A stretch of 64,000 bases of DNA from Eledone cirrhosa (Eukaryota), in the NCBI GenBank assembly GCA_964016885.1, contig OZ024740.1:310930001-310994000 (forward strand), in the 5' to 3' direction. The translations under genes and the position numbers were made by a program. This document shows positions 40,641 to 55,400 of this stretch, piece by piece. Positions within the stretch are counted from its first letter, which is position 1. Every line of letters begins with the position of its first letter. Under the pieces are notes generated by a model that saw nothing but the letters and a program-made list of their open reading frames with translations, had not been told where the DNA came from and ran no database searches.

Positions 40641-42825
40641 TCATGTGTACACATAAGAAGAGGGGGGGTAGTGAAATGGAATTATACCTCCGAGTGTTAA
40701 TTCATTTTTCGTGTTCAGTAGTGGTTTAAATTTTTCAATGAAGAATTCTTCTTTATATCTGCGGAAATGTTCGTTATCCGACCATATCTTGAAGAAAGGG
40801 AAGATTGTGAATTTTCCCTTCCCGCATGATGCAAAGTGTGCGCTACATGTGGTATTTCTGACTGTGGGGTCTTTAATTTGTTGTTTATGTACCCGTAATC
40901 TATCATGTAGTCCCGGTCCGGTTTCCCCAATGTAATACTCTTTACACTGTGGACATGTTGCGCAATATATTAGGTTTTTCGTTTTGCAGTTCATGTTTGC
41001 ATTGACCTTGAAATTATCATGGTTTTTGAAGGACAACTGTTTGCCCTCTTCGATGAGTTCACAGGTTCCACATCTAGGGTCCCCGCATTTCGTCACTTGC
41101 ATTGATTCCATGTTGGTCGTAAATTTTGCCTTGGTAATTAGTTTTTTAAGGTTGGGTGCTTGGCATCTGCTATAAATTATCTGTGTGTTTTTTAAGGGTG
41201 CATTCATTTTGGTAGATTGCTGTAGAATCGGGAGATACTGCTTAGCAGTTTTCACAATGTTGACGTTCCCTGGGTTGTGAGTGATGACAAAAGGAATTTT
41301 TTCAGGTCACATAATCTTTTTTCTTGTAGTACGGGGTGTGTTTCTATAGTGCAGATGCGCCTTGCCATGTTGAAGGGAATGTTCCTTTTCGTATGTGAGG
41401 GGTGTGCTGACCGGAAATTTAAGTATTGGTGTGTGTCAGTGGGTTTGCAAAATAGGTCCGTTATGATATTTTCCCCTTCTTTAATGATGAGGATATCTAA
41501 AAAGGGCAGTTCCTTTTCGTTACATTCCATAGTGAATTGTATGGCTTCATGAAGTCTGTTTAAGATCGAATAAAATTTTTGTAGGTCTGTTTGGCTTCTG
41601 TTCCAGAAGATGAAGCAGTCATCTAGGTAACGTTTCCAGTTTTTATTAATGTAGAAGGCGAAGTCGTGACTGAATGTTATCTGTAGTTAGGAATATAATT
41701 GTGCCTCTAAGTGACCCATAACGAGCGTTGCATATGTAGGGGCCACTTTGGTACCCATGGCTGTTCGTTTTATTTGTAGATAAAGTTCGTTGTCAAGGAG
41801 GAAGTGGTTGTTTTCCAATACTAATTTAAGTCCTTCCAAGATGAATTCTTTGGGGAATCTTTCTGAAATGTGACTTGAGTGTTTTGTAATCCAGAAGTCC
41901 ACAGCTTCAATCCCTAGGTCGTGTGGGATGTTAGTGTACAGTCTTATTACATCAAAACTGACTAGGATTGTATCCTGGTGTACTTTTTGGGGGATATAGT
42001 TAAGGAATTCCATATCATCTCTGATGTAGCTTGGAACTTTTTTACATAGGGGTTTGAGTATGATGTATAATAGGTTGCTTAGAGGTTGTGTGCTTGAGGC
42101 TGGGCCAGCAATAATGGGGCGTAATTTTAAGTCTGTCGGTTTTGGAGCTTCGATGTATGATGTATTTTTCCCTTTTATGTTGTTTTGGATTTCTATGGAT
42201 TTGTGAATTTTTGGTAATCCATAGAAATTGCTGGTTTTCATTTCGAAGTTGGTTAGGTAATCTACTTCTTTTGGTGTTAGGTTGTTTTGGTACTTTGTTG
42301 TTAGTTTGCCTATTTGGTTCCTCGATTTCCTTTCTTCGTTTTTAGTGATTTTCCTGTAGAAGTTTTCGTCATTCAAGTGTGCTAGAACCATATCTTTGTA
42401 GTGGTTTATGTCCATGATGACGATTGCTCCACCTTTGACCGCTTCTTTTATTATTATTGAGGAATCCCTTTGTAGCTTGTTCAATGCTAGTAGTTGGTAT
42501 GTAGGGATGTTGCGTTTGTGTTTCGTCTCGGCCGTATTTGTACGTGCTGATCGGCGAAGGCAGGTTATGTACTCCTCCAGGTATTCATCTCTATTTAGCG
42601 GGGGTGTGAAGTCCTTTTTGTTTTTCACCAGTGAATCTTCCTCGTATTGTACACCCTGGAAGAATTCTCCTAAGCGTAATTTTCGACAGCATTCTTCTGT
42701 GTCTTTTATAACATCGGCTGTATCTGCTTTCGGAGTGGGAGTGAACTTCAGTCCATTTTCTAATAGTTGTATTTCTGGTTGTGTTAATTTCTTGGCTGAT
42801 ATATTGATTATTTTTATTCGATTGG
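40641..42825 (-). pseudogene. Penelope RT plus Zn linker plus GIY-YIG (one stop and one frameshift seen)
   Basis: IINIS..LT..E..LL.NGLKFTPTP, KGGAIV, FYGLPKIHK, LRPII, SFDV..LYTNI, TAMGT, WKRYLDD, LPFLD, KPTD, CGDPRCGTC, NLIYCATCPQC.EYYIGET. Confidence 0.92.
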
Positions 42826-42859
42826 TTCTTTCTCGTCAGGTGCCACTTGAAAGGTGGTG

Positions 42860-44021
42860 CTTTTTTCTTTTTTTCTTTCATTTGGTGCGAGGCCCCTAGT
42901 CCTAAAAAATGGGTGCCATTTGGGATAGGGGTGTTTCTGTTGTGGTGAAACCTTTGGCCCGCCGGAACTTCATGCCGGTAACTGGTTGGGCGATAGACTC
43001 TTGCGTGGTCGTTGCTGTATGGGGGTCTGGTTCTTCTGTTGTTTCGTTCAGTATTCATGTGTCTTTGATTTTGTCTCCGGTAATTGTTCTTGGTGTTATG
43101 GCAGTGGTTGTATCTGGTTCTGGTGTTGAGTATTGGGTCTGTATGTAATTGTGTGTTTGGGGTTACCCAATATCTGGTTGTTGTTGGTTTATTGTGTGTG
43201 GCTGCTTCATTTCTTGTGTTGTTGTATTTTACTGAGTTCTGGGGTTTCGTATGGGTTTGTTTTCTGGGTTTTATTTGATCTTTCCCATAGTTATCTTCAT
43301 ATTCTTGAAGCCATTGAGTTCTTGACTCCAAGATTTTCTTCGATTTTAACTCCTCTCTAGTTGTATCTGTCTGCCATAGGTTAAGGAGTTTTTCACGTAC
43401 ATTGCCGCTGCTTCTTTTGTTTATTTCCTCTTGGATGGTGGTGTCGCATTTTTCAAATTTCTCTTTGAATTTTGGCACTCTTAGGCGGAGTAGGGTGATT
43501 TCGGTCTCAAGTGTTTGGAGTGCTAGATTTAGTCTTGTTGCAGTTTCTTCCTTTGATTCCGATGGTATTTCTTTAATTAGGAATTTTCTCGGGAGGATAA
43601 CTGGTTCCTTGCTACGACATATTTCGTATGTGTCTGCTAGGTTTTCACTCCTCAAGGCTTTCCAGCATGCCTGTTTTCTTTGATTTAATAGTTGGTTCCA
43701 AATGTTTTTCATTTGGTTTCTTTTTCTGTAGGCTTCTTTTTCTAGATTCAGTTCATTCCATTCTTTGAATGCATTATTGGTGATGGAGTTCTGTTCATGT
43801 GTAGCTATTTCAGGGGAAAAGGTTTGTTCTTGTTTTTGTCGGTCTGTAATTAGTGAATCAAGTTTTTCCCTATAGCTGCGTGTTTGTTGTTCCATTTCTT
43901 GTACGGCATTCGTAAGGGAATCATATTTATCTATTATTATGGTGAGTTTTTCTGATATTTCCTGTAGTAGTGTCTCCGATTTTAGGGATTCAGTAGAGGA
44001 TTTTGAACGTGTGTTAGCCAT
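42860..44021 (-). CDS. Upstream ORF/N-terminal region of the PLE: predicted coiled-coil followed by a basic R/N/H-rich tail
   Basis: Uninterrupted frame from MANTRSKSS with heptad-like E/K/L/Q-rich helices. It is out of frame with the RT in this copy. Confidence 0.7.
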
Positions 44022-44884
44022 TCTGTCTTGTACAAGGGGATGGAATATTGGAAAATGTGTGTAATCCTTGGTACAGTTAGGTATATTAAGACAGGGGGAA
44101 GAAAAAAATGGCTTCACTTGTGCTTTCAACAAATTTATTTTCTTCACAAAATCCAAAAAGAATTTTTTCCCAGATTAGAAAAATTTTTTTTAAAAGAAAT
44201 TTTTTTATATAAATTAAGTTGTTGGTGTATATATGTATATATGTGTATGTATATATTGCTACATATGCCCGTATGTGTATGTACGTATATGCGCACATAT
44301 GTGTGTGTTGAACAAGGACTAATTTTGGGATGGACGTAGAAAAATTCTTCAGAAAAAAATAATTGTTTACAAGCTTGGCAGGTGCGGTTTGCCTATGACC
44401 ATTCTCGACACAAAGGAATACTAAAAGCTTTTAGCCCTGAATAAAGGAATTTTTCGAGAGTGACCGGGGCAGGCCGCACTTGCCACATTTCTCCCCACTC
44501 AACCCTACTCACTGTCTCAACTCATTACTGCTATTAACATTTTTTCAACACACCTACACCCCTACACTCATTAAAGGGGGAGAAAAAACCCCAACCACAC
44601 AACAAACATGTTAAATCCCCATATATAGAACAACACACCACATACACATCAGTTTGACAAGCGCACCTCAGCGTGAAAGGTCTTTCTAAAAACGAAACAA
44701 TACCTCCTACTTTAACCAAGAACTCCTAAGACCTAACCAACAACTAACAACTTAATTTATATAAAAAAATTTCTTTTAAAAAATTTTTTTCTAATCCGGG
44801 AAAAAAATTCTTTTTGGATTTTGTGAAGAAAATAAATTTGTTGAAAGCACAAGTGAAGCCATTTTTTTATTCACACCTGTCTTA

Positions 44885-45606
<722 letters not shown>

Positions 45607-46247
45607 TAAAAGTAAATGGCAAAGAACGCAGCAAACAATACAATGAAGATATATAATAGTTTATATAATCTAATCTGGCCGAGTTTACACTCGCAAATAA
45701 GGAAATCCAGCGCCGCCCCTAGGAGCAATGCATTTGGTGTACTTCATATTTGTTTCGGTTGCTGAATACAACCAGGGGTCGCTGCTTCTCCTGAGTGTCA
45801 ATAATTCTCTTCTAACACGAGCGGCAGCACCTTTCCATTGTCAATTTGCATTGATCATCTGCAAAGCTGCATTGTTCTCAGAACCACTACACCAGTCGTT
45901 TTATGCGTGCAGTTGGAACTACTGCCAGCCATTGATTTGGCAGGAGCTTTTTTTGTTGTTGTTTTAGATGGCTGTTGACTCTTATACGGTCTTCCGTCCT
46001 TTGTCAGCTTTTTTTTGTGCTGCATGGTGTCCAACATCACCCTCCTCACCAAGTAAATTTGGTGGCGTTGCCGATTTAGTCGTCGACTAATAGTTTAACG
46101 CGTTTTATAATAGGAAGAGTTTTAACAATAGTCCTTTATCAGAAGATAGAATGAGAAATGAAAGAAGAAACAGAAAAATAGAAGGGAATGACAAGAGAAG
46201 AAACGGAAAAAACATTTGGAGAAAAAGCACGTGTGTTCTGTTCCCCG

Positions 46248-46284
<37 letters not shown>

Positions 46285-46319
46285 GCGTATGTGTATGTGC
46301 ATATATATGTATACACACA

Positions 46320-46427
<108 letters not shown>

Positions 46428-46638
46428 CACACACACACACACACACGTATATATATATATAGAGAGAGATTGAGAGAAAAAGAGAGAGAAAGAGAAAGAG
46501 AGGGCGGGGGTATATATTCACACATGCTGTTGGACTGCTATCGATTCCGACGACCAGTCTTCTGATTGTTCGGACAACGGAACAGTTTACAAGTGAAATT
46601 AACGTGCAAGTAACTGAGCATTCCACAGCATTCAAACA

Positions 46639-46880
46639 TTAGAGGAGGGTAAACTTTCCAAGTATCGGTCCCTCTCCGACAGGTTTTTAGTCGAGCCCCT
46701 ATCAGTGGAGACTTCTGGTGTTCTTAGCCCTAGGGCTACCTCCCTACCCACCACCATAGGAGCTGAGCTGGCTAGCGGCAGGTGAGAGCCTCGGAAGATG
46801 GAATGACTCTTCCAGTGCATCTTCCTTACCATCCTCAGTGGAAAAGCCTTCTCCATTCTGTCCACCGGGGCCGTGGGCTG
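46639..46880 (+). mobile_element. CRE-clade non-LTR retrotransposon 3' remnant (restriction-like endonuclease end)
   Basis: EEGKLSKYRSL...EPLSVETSGVL...IG..L....EPR...LFQ......GKAFSIL with two stops. Confidence 0.7.
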
Positions 46881-48043
46881 GCCAGTACGTGGGGCCCTTT
46901 ACTCATAATAGTGAGAAATGGAGAGTGCGAGAGAGATGGAGGCGATGATAGTAGGAGTTCGGCTCTTCTGCGTTTGGACCTGGTGTGCAGCGTCAGTTGT
47001 CCGTCTTAATGTGTTCTCTCACTCCTAAAGAGTGTGGAGAAATGCTTAAAGCATATTTACAGTCTTTCTTTACTGAAATCAATGTAATTCCCCATATTTC
47101 TAAGACTCAATGCATGTCAACAGAGAATAATTTTGCAATCATTCTCTCCAGGAAAAGAAAGACAGTAACCTCGGCGTTTCTGTCGTATTGTCTTTGGATT
47201 CTGAAGAAGCAACAGAGCTGAAACGCGCAAACGTTTGCATCGAGAAATAATATAAATAGTATCAGAAAAGGTTTTGTAAGTAAATTAATCACAAGCCGAA
47301 ATTTTCTCAAGCAATAATTGTTTCAGAATTCAATTTGTCTCAGCAGCTGATGCAAGGACATTTCGATTTGTTTAATATGTCTATCTCTATAAAAGCACAG
47401 AGAGTGAACCAGGACTTGATAAGAAACAACTTATATCTCCTTCCTCATAAATACAGCTTTGTATGTAACACATGAGAAAAGGTAAAACCACTTACGGTAT
47501 CATGTTACAACGCAGTCTACATAACAGAAAGCAAACAATCAAAGAATTGTACTTTGATATCAATAGATGTGTGTGCCGTTAAATAAAATAGAAACGAATC
47601 TTTAATAATCATTATAGCCTCGAATATTCTAGTATCTAATATTTCTTCACAGATCAGCTATCATGGCTGCTGATTTGTTATTCTTCATTGCGACGGTCGT
47701 CATTTATATGTTACTGGAATGATATAACAGTGTCTTTAGACGATGTTCAGATATATTAATAAAGTTAAAATTTCTAGCAGCGAAACAGAATATTTCGATA
47801 CCCTACTGTCAAATAAATCCTTCATTAAATAGTATTTATTCTTTAATATATATATATATATATACATGTATATACATATATATACATATTTATGTGTATG
47901 TGCGTGTGTGTGTCAATGTCTGTATGTGTGTGCGTGCGTTAGTTACACTCAATGTTAGAAGCAATCATTGTTGTTACGAGGTCCATCTCGTGCGAGTTGT
48001 ATTCCAGAATTAATGCAGCTGTAGTGCGCAAAGTGTAAATAGT

Positions 48044-48272
48044 TTAAGTAGAATCAAAGTAAGTTTTGCAACATGTGTGAAAACTTTATTGGCAAATTGC
48101 AATTGTTTCGATATCGATCAGCTCTGGGTACGATCAAAATGACGGGCCCCGGCGTTTTTTTCCACATCTCGTCAGATATGCGAGTTTATGTGTGCAAAAT
48201 CGATATCGAAACAATTATAATATACCAATAAAGTTCGTACTTATACTGCAATACTGACTTCGATTCTACTTA
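48044..48272 (-). mobile_element. ORF-less hammerhead-bearing mini-element with an inverted ~75 bp end
   Basis: Minus strand GCATAT-CTGACGA-GAT...ATC-GAAA-CAATTG (48095-48185). 48044-48119 is inverted at 48199-48272, followed by (TA)n. Confidence 0.6.
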
Positions 48273-48274
48273 AC

Positions 48275-48335
<61 letters not shown>

Positions 48336-48493
48336 CCACCAGTATTCTGGTGGCTTAGTTGGGATCTAGCTTTCGAAACAGCCGGAGCTCAGCCGTAAGG
48401 GTCTCGACTATTTTCCTATTACCCACACTACTACCCTAAGTATTAAGTGCTCTGGTGCGTTATGGTCCACCTGGTATCTTACCACACTCTCTT

Positions 48494-48579
<86 letters not shown>

Positions 48580-48662
48580 ATAATAATAAATTTGAAGACT
48601 AAAATCCAAAGAGGGTTCGATAAGGATAAATATATATCAAATATATAAGAACCGTAGAGCAA

Positions 48663-48966
48663 ATATTTATTAAAATAAAAAATTAAAGTTTAAGCAAAGA
48701 ACCGCTGCTTTCACCCTTAACGGGATCTTCTGAAACTAACAAAGTCAATCTGTGAACGCAGAAGTGAATATTTCAAAAAACGTTGCAACCGGGGGAAGAC
48801 AGGAACGTTTCCACGAACCAAAAGTATCGTCTTCATGTCTTCCTTCGGTTGCAACGTTTTTTGAAATATTCACTTCTGCGATCACAGATTGACTTTGTTA
48901 GTTTCAGAAGATCCCGTTAAGGGTGAAAGCAGCGATTCTTTGCTTAAACTTTAATCTGTTATTTTA

Positions 48967-48972
<6 letters not shown>
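48663..48972. repeat. Near-perfect palindrome with ~140 bp arms
   Basis: 48690-48805 is the reverse complement of 48833-48952, and pairing extends imperfectly outward to (TA)n. Confidence 0.92.
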
Positions 48973-49037
<65 letters not shown>

Positions 49038-49078
49038 TGTGTGTGTGTGTTTGTGTGTGTGTGTGTGGGTGGGTGCGT

Positions 49079-49346
<268 letters not shown>

Positions 49347-49468
49347 TTAATAATTATATTAAAACTCGTCTTACGGATTGAGCTGATCTATACTTTGAAT
49401 ACTTTTAGCAAACTGTTACTGCATTATATAAATACACACACGCGCGCACACCCCTACACATACATACA

Positions 49469-49542
<74 letters not shown>

Positions 49543-50189
49543 TGTGTGTATGGTGGATGTAAACATATCTGTGTGGGTACGTATATATATAATTATTAGC
49601 AATTCTCTGCATATAACAACTGTTATTGGCAAAATGGTGTGCAGAAGCGGTACCGTCCGCGAGTTTGATATACATGAACCATTACCCAAGTACTGCCATC
49701 TTACTTACAGGTTAACTATTAATCAACACGCTAACAATTCATTTGCATTTTTTCCCTTGCAATCCTATTCCCTCATTGAGTGCGTAGTGGCTGGAACTTG
49801 CTGAAGTAAATTCAGTGACCTTCATAAACTTATTTGTATATTTACTCTCAGTTTGGCTGACTTGCTTCCTGTGTAAGTTGAACATTTCTTTTTTTTATAT
49901 TGGTTGTTCGATTTTATATTTGCAACTCTGCCCTTGCGTATAAATGTTTTAAACTAATCGATAGCTTTTTTTTCGCGGGAATACCATTTTTTTGTTTAAC
50001 CTACCAAAATGTGTTTTTCACAACAGCGGTATTCCTCTGTTTTAGAGGTCATGTGTCAAGATAGCACTGAACTGATGAAATTGATGAGGCTAGCGGTGTG
50101 TGCGGACATGTTCATTTGAAGACCACTATGTTGGGATGCGCTCCTCCTGCTGATGTGGCATAGAATACCTTGATTGCGTGATATTTGCT

Positions 50190-51341
<1,152 letters not shown>

Positions 51342-51850
51342 GAGATAAACACAGATGTATACATATATGTGTTAAAATCGTAAGGTACCAGATTCGCCAG
51401 GGTGAAAAAATAATAACTATGAACGATAGGGTTTGCCAGACTCAATTTAAAAGAATAAATTAAGAAAGAAAAATACAAACCGAAATTATGACAACTATCA
51501 AACATCCAGACAGCTATTGACAATGCTATATCGCAATTTAGTGAAAGGGAATTACCAGTTATATTGCTCTTCAGTGGATGTCAAATTGGTAAACCCTTCA
51601 CTTCTAAGTATCTCCGAAGACTGAATGATGAGCGTATTTAAAATAACGCACATGGCATCCAGAGCCTAGCGTGTCTCGTAAAACGTATGCTACTAAAAAT
51701 AGCAGCCCGGTTCACTCGACATTTAAGGTAGCTCTACAAATTCAAGGAGCCGAATATATCAAAGGTATATATTTAGTTAGAAACTCAAAATAGTCTCCTA
51801 CAATTAAATAACTAAAGGAAAAGATTTTTCTGGGGTCGACCCAGAAAAAT

Positions 51851-51983
<133 letters not shown>

Positions 51984-52049
51984 TTATTTTTGTACTTCAG
52001 CAGATTTTTTTGTGTTACAGGATACTGGCTGTTTTAAATGATGAAATAA

Positions 52050-52235
52050 TGGTTTCTTATATAGGCACAAGGCCATCAATTTTGAGGGAGGGTAAGTCGA
52101 TTAATCGACCCCTTAAGGATGAAAGGCAAAGTTAAACTCGGCAGATTTTAAACTCAGATCATAAAGGGCCGTAACTCTGTGTTGCAAAGCATGGCGCTCG
52201 ACCCTCTACCGATACTGCCAATCCACTGCCCAAAT
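52050..52235 (-). mobile_element. tRNA-derived SINE (Meta-like), internally deleted
   Basis: Reverse complement of the 20477-20670 family. Confidence 0.8.
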
Positions 52236-52397
52236 AATGAAATAATGAGTACTTTAACGTTTTCATATGTTGATATCTTAATACGATAATTACAGCAAGG
52301 GGCTTCGGGCCGGAAGTGTATTACAATTAATCCAATGTGTGTGCTTCGAATGGATATGTTGAGAAAATCACTGGATATCGATCTAAAGCGTTATTCA

Positions 52398-52487
52398 GTA
52401 ATGTACTGGGTAATTGCTGGCCTTGTGCCAAAAGTAGAAACAATTATTATATTATTATTATTATTATTATTGTTATTATTATTATTA
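52398..52487 (+). mobile_element. SINE 3' tail plus (ATT)n
   Basis: GTAATGTACTGGGTAATTGCTGGCCTTGTGCCAAAAGTAGAAACA(ATT)n. Confidence 0.75.
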
Positions 52488-55400
52488 CAGCTGCATTTAT
52501 CTTGCTTTATGTTAATACGAGTTATCACCAAGTCACAACCAGTGACCTCAAGAGACAACAAGGTCCGCCATGTTCAAGAAAGAACATACATACTCACACA
52601 TGCATCTTTAGTGTTTAGACTTGTGATGTACTTATATTGACAGAATCTTCCTTAGTATATGGGCAGTTCCCATTAGTACTATCTTTTGTAATTCTCCTAT
52701 ACGCGGGTTTCCTGGGATTTGCGATAAGTAATCATTAGACCCCTTAGGTATCATTCCTAGAGCGCCTACAACCACAGGTATTGTTTTAGTTCTGAATTTC
52801 CACATTTTTCCAATTTCTATCTCCAGGTCCTTATACTTGCTCAATTTTTCAAATGTTTTTATAGATACATTCTTGTCTATTGGAACGGACATATCAATTA
52901 GCAGGCATACCCTCTTTTTAAAGTCCTTCAATATTATATCAGGTCTATTTGCATCTATTTTTCGGTCTGTTTGGATGCTAAAGTTCCACAAGATTGAGAT
53001 GTGATCTTTTTCAAGTATGGGAGGTGGTTGATGATCCCACCAATTCTTTTGATGGGGCAGGTCAAAATCCTTACACATTATCCAATGTATGTATTGTGCA
53101 GCTCTGTCATGCCTGTTTAGGTATTCGGTTGGAGCTATAGGACTGCACATTGAAATTATATGGTCAATGGTCTCTGGTTGTTTTTTACATACACGGCATA
53201 ATGGGCTGCATCCATTTTTTATTATGTTGGATTGCTAATTTTTTGTTGGCAGACACTGATCTTCTGCTGATATAATCAGTCCTTCAGTCTCCGATTTCAG
53301 TCCAGAGGATGCCAACCACTGATGGGTTAAACTTTTGTCAACATCAGGATTGTTAGCTCGTTCTGGGTATTTTCCATACAGAGGCTGTTCTTGCCATTTC
53401 TTAGCCAGTTTCTGTAGCAGTTCTTTCTTTGCAGTTACTTTTACCTGCTTTGCTTTTTCTGTGTTTTCCATTTCAGCAGTAAATGGGACTTCTGAAATGT
53501 GTAGTCCATTACTGTATCTTTGTGCATCTTTTATAATGGAGTATGATCTTTTGATGCTTTCGTGTTTCAAAACGAGTTTGATCATCCAATCATGTGATTC
53601 CCTTAGATATGTAGATAATCCAATTGTTGCAGTTTTCAACGCAATGTCTAACTGGATTAACCCACGTCCTCCTTCTTTCCTAGGGAGATATATTCTATCT
53701 ATATCTGCCTTAGGGTGATGCATTCTGTGCATGGTTAAGGATTTTAGAATTTTTGTATCGAGCCTACGGATCTCTGTGCTTGACCAGTTGATGACATTGT
53801 AACTGTAGGTTACTACTGGTATGGCAAGCGTGTTTATGGCATCGATCCTATTCCTTGCATTCAATTCCGTTCTTCAGATTGCTCTTACTCTGCGGTAACA
53901 TTCCTTCCTTATCCTTTCCCTCATTGTCGAGTGCTTGATTACGTCTCCTTCACAAACACCTAGATATTTGTAAGTTTCCTCTTGATCAAGTTCTCTTATC
54001 ACATTCCCTCGATCAAGATTAATATCTGAACTTTTTAGCAGCTTTCCTCTGGTGAACGTTGCTTTGGCGCATTTATCTAGTCCAAACTCCATTTTAATTT
54101 CATCAATGAACTGCTCCACTGTGGATAATAGCCCTTGCAATTGTTCATCATTTTTTGCAAATAGTTTCAGGTCATCCATGTAGAACAAGTGATTAATTGT
54201 TTTGTCATAGACTTTATATCCATGTTTTGTTTCATTGAGCATTTTACTTAATGGTATAAGTGCGGTGCAGAATAAAAGCGGTGATAAAGAGTCACCCTGA
54301 AAAATTCCACAATTAATATTAACTTCTCCAGCTTCCAGTGATTTTGTTTCACTATTCAAAAGGAGTGTCGTTTTCCATGTCTTCATACTGAATGACAAAA
54401 ACCTCCTGACAACGGGGGATATTTTGAAAATCTCTAAACATTTTTCAATCCAACTGTGTGGCAAACTATCGAATGCTTTTTTATAATCTATCCAAGCAAT
54501 TGATAGATTTTTGTGTCTATTATGACAATCTTCCAGTATCATTTTGTTAACCAAAAGCTGATCCTTACAGCGATATGAGCCTCGTTTACACCCTTTCTGC
54601 TCAATGGGAAATAGGTCATTTGTTATCAGGTGGTCATATGTATATTCAGTTAGGACTGATGTTAAAATGTTATACATTATGGTCAAGCAAGTTATCGGTC
54701 TGTAATTTTGGGGATTGTTTGTCCCATCATTCTTCAGAAGCAGGAATGTAATGCCGTTAACTAGCCATGATGGTATCTTTTCTGGCTCCTTAACTATTTC
54801 ATTGTAAAGTTGGACTAACAGCTCATGAGACTCTGTGAAGGCAATTATCCAAAGATTTTGTATTTTGTCTTTTCCTGGGGATTTCCATTTGCTGGTTTTT
54901 CTTAGAGCCAAATTCAACTGTTCAACTGTTATATTTTCCCATATTTGTTCCTCGAGGTGAGCTGTATCTTTCATTTGTCTGTCTGTCCATGGGGCATGTA
55001 TATTATGAACTTTATCTTCGGCCCAGATCTTTTCCCAGAATTCTTGCACTTCCTCCTTGGGTGGTATTGATTTAGCAGTTATTGTTGACTTACCAATTTT
55101 TCTGTAGAAGTTTCTTTGGTTGGTTTTGAACATATTATTGTCCTTATAGAATCTAGATCGTTTTTCAAAGCGCCTTATACGAGCAGCTTTGGCCGACACT
55201 TTTTGCTTGATTATTTCTATCAGCATGCCTATGTCACTTGTTGGTTTTATACTGTACTTTCTTTTCAATTTTCTAAGTTTAGTTTGTTTAACATGTTCAC
55301 CTACTTTATAGTTTTTTAAAATTTCTATGTCAGATCGGAGAAGGTTTATTTGGCGATTGATGTTCTCTTGCCAAGTAGATTTCTTGTGGGAATTCCTTTG

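Noticed and set aside
39129-40729. Many long ORFs rich in Y/I/H/T/C/V (also at 5.4-6.4, 24.4, 30.5, 36, 46.1-46.6 and 49 kb)
   Set aside because: They are translations of TA/CA/TG microsatellites that lack stop codons, not genes.
53865-53876. TGA stops in the Dong and Tx1 ORFs as recoding signals
   Set aside because: They are not at conserved Cys positions and occur alongside other stops and frameshifts, so they are ordinary decay.
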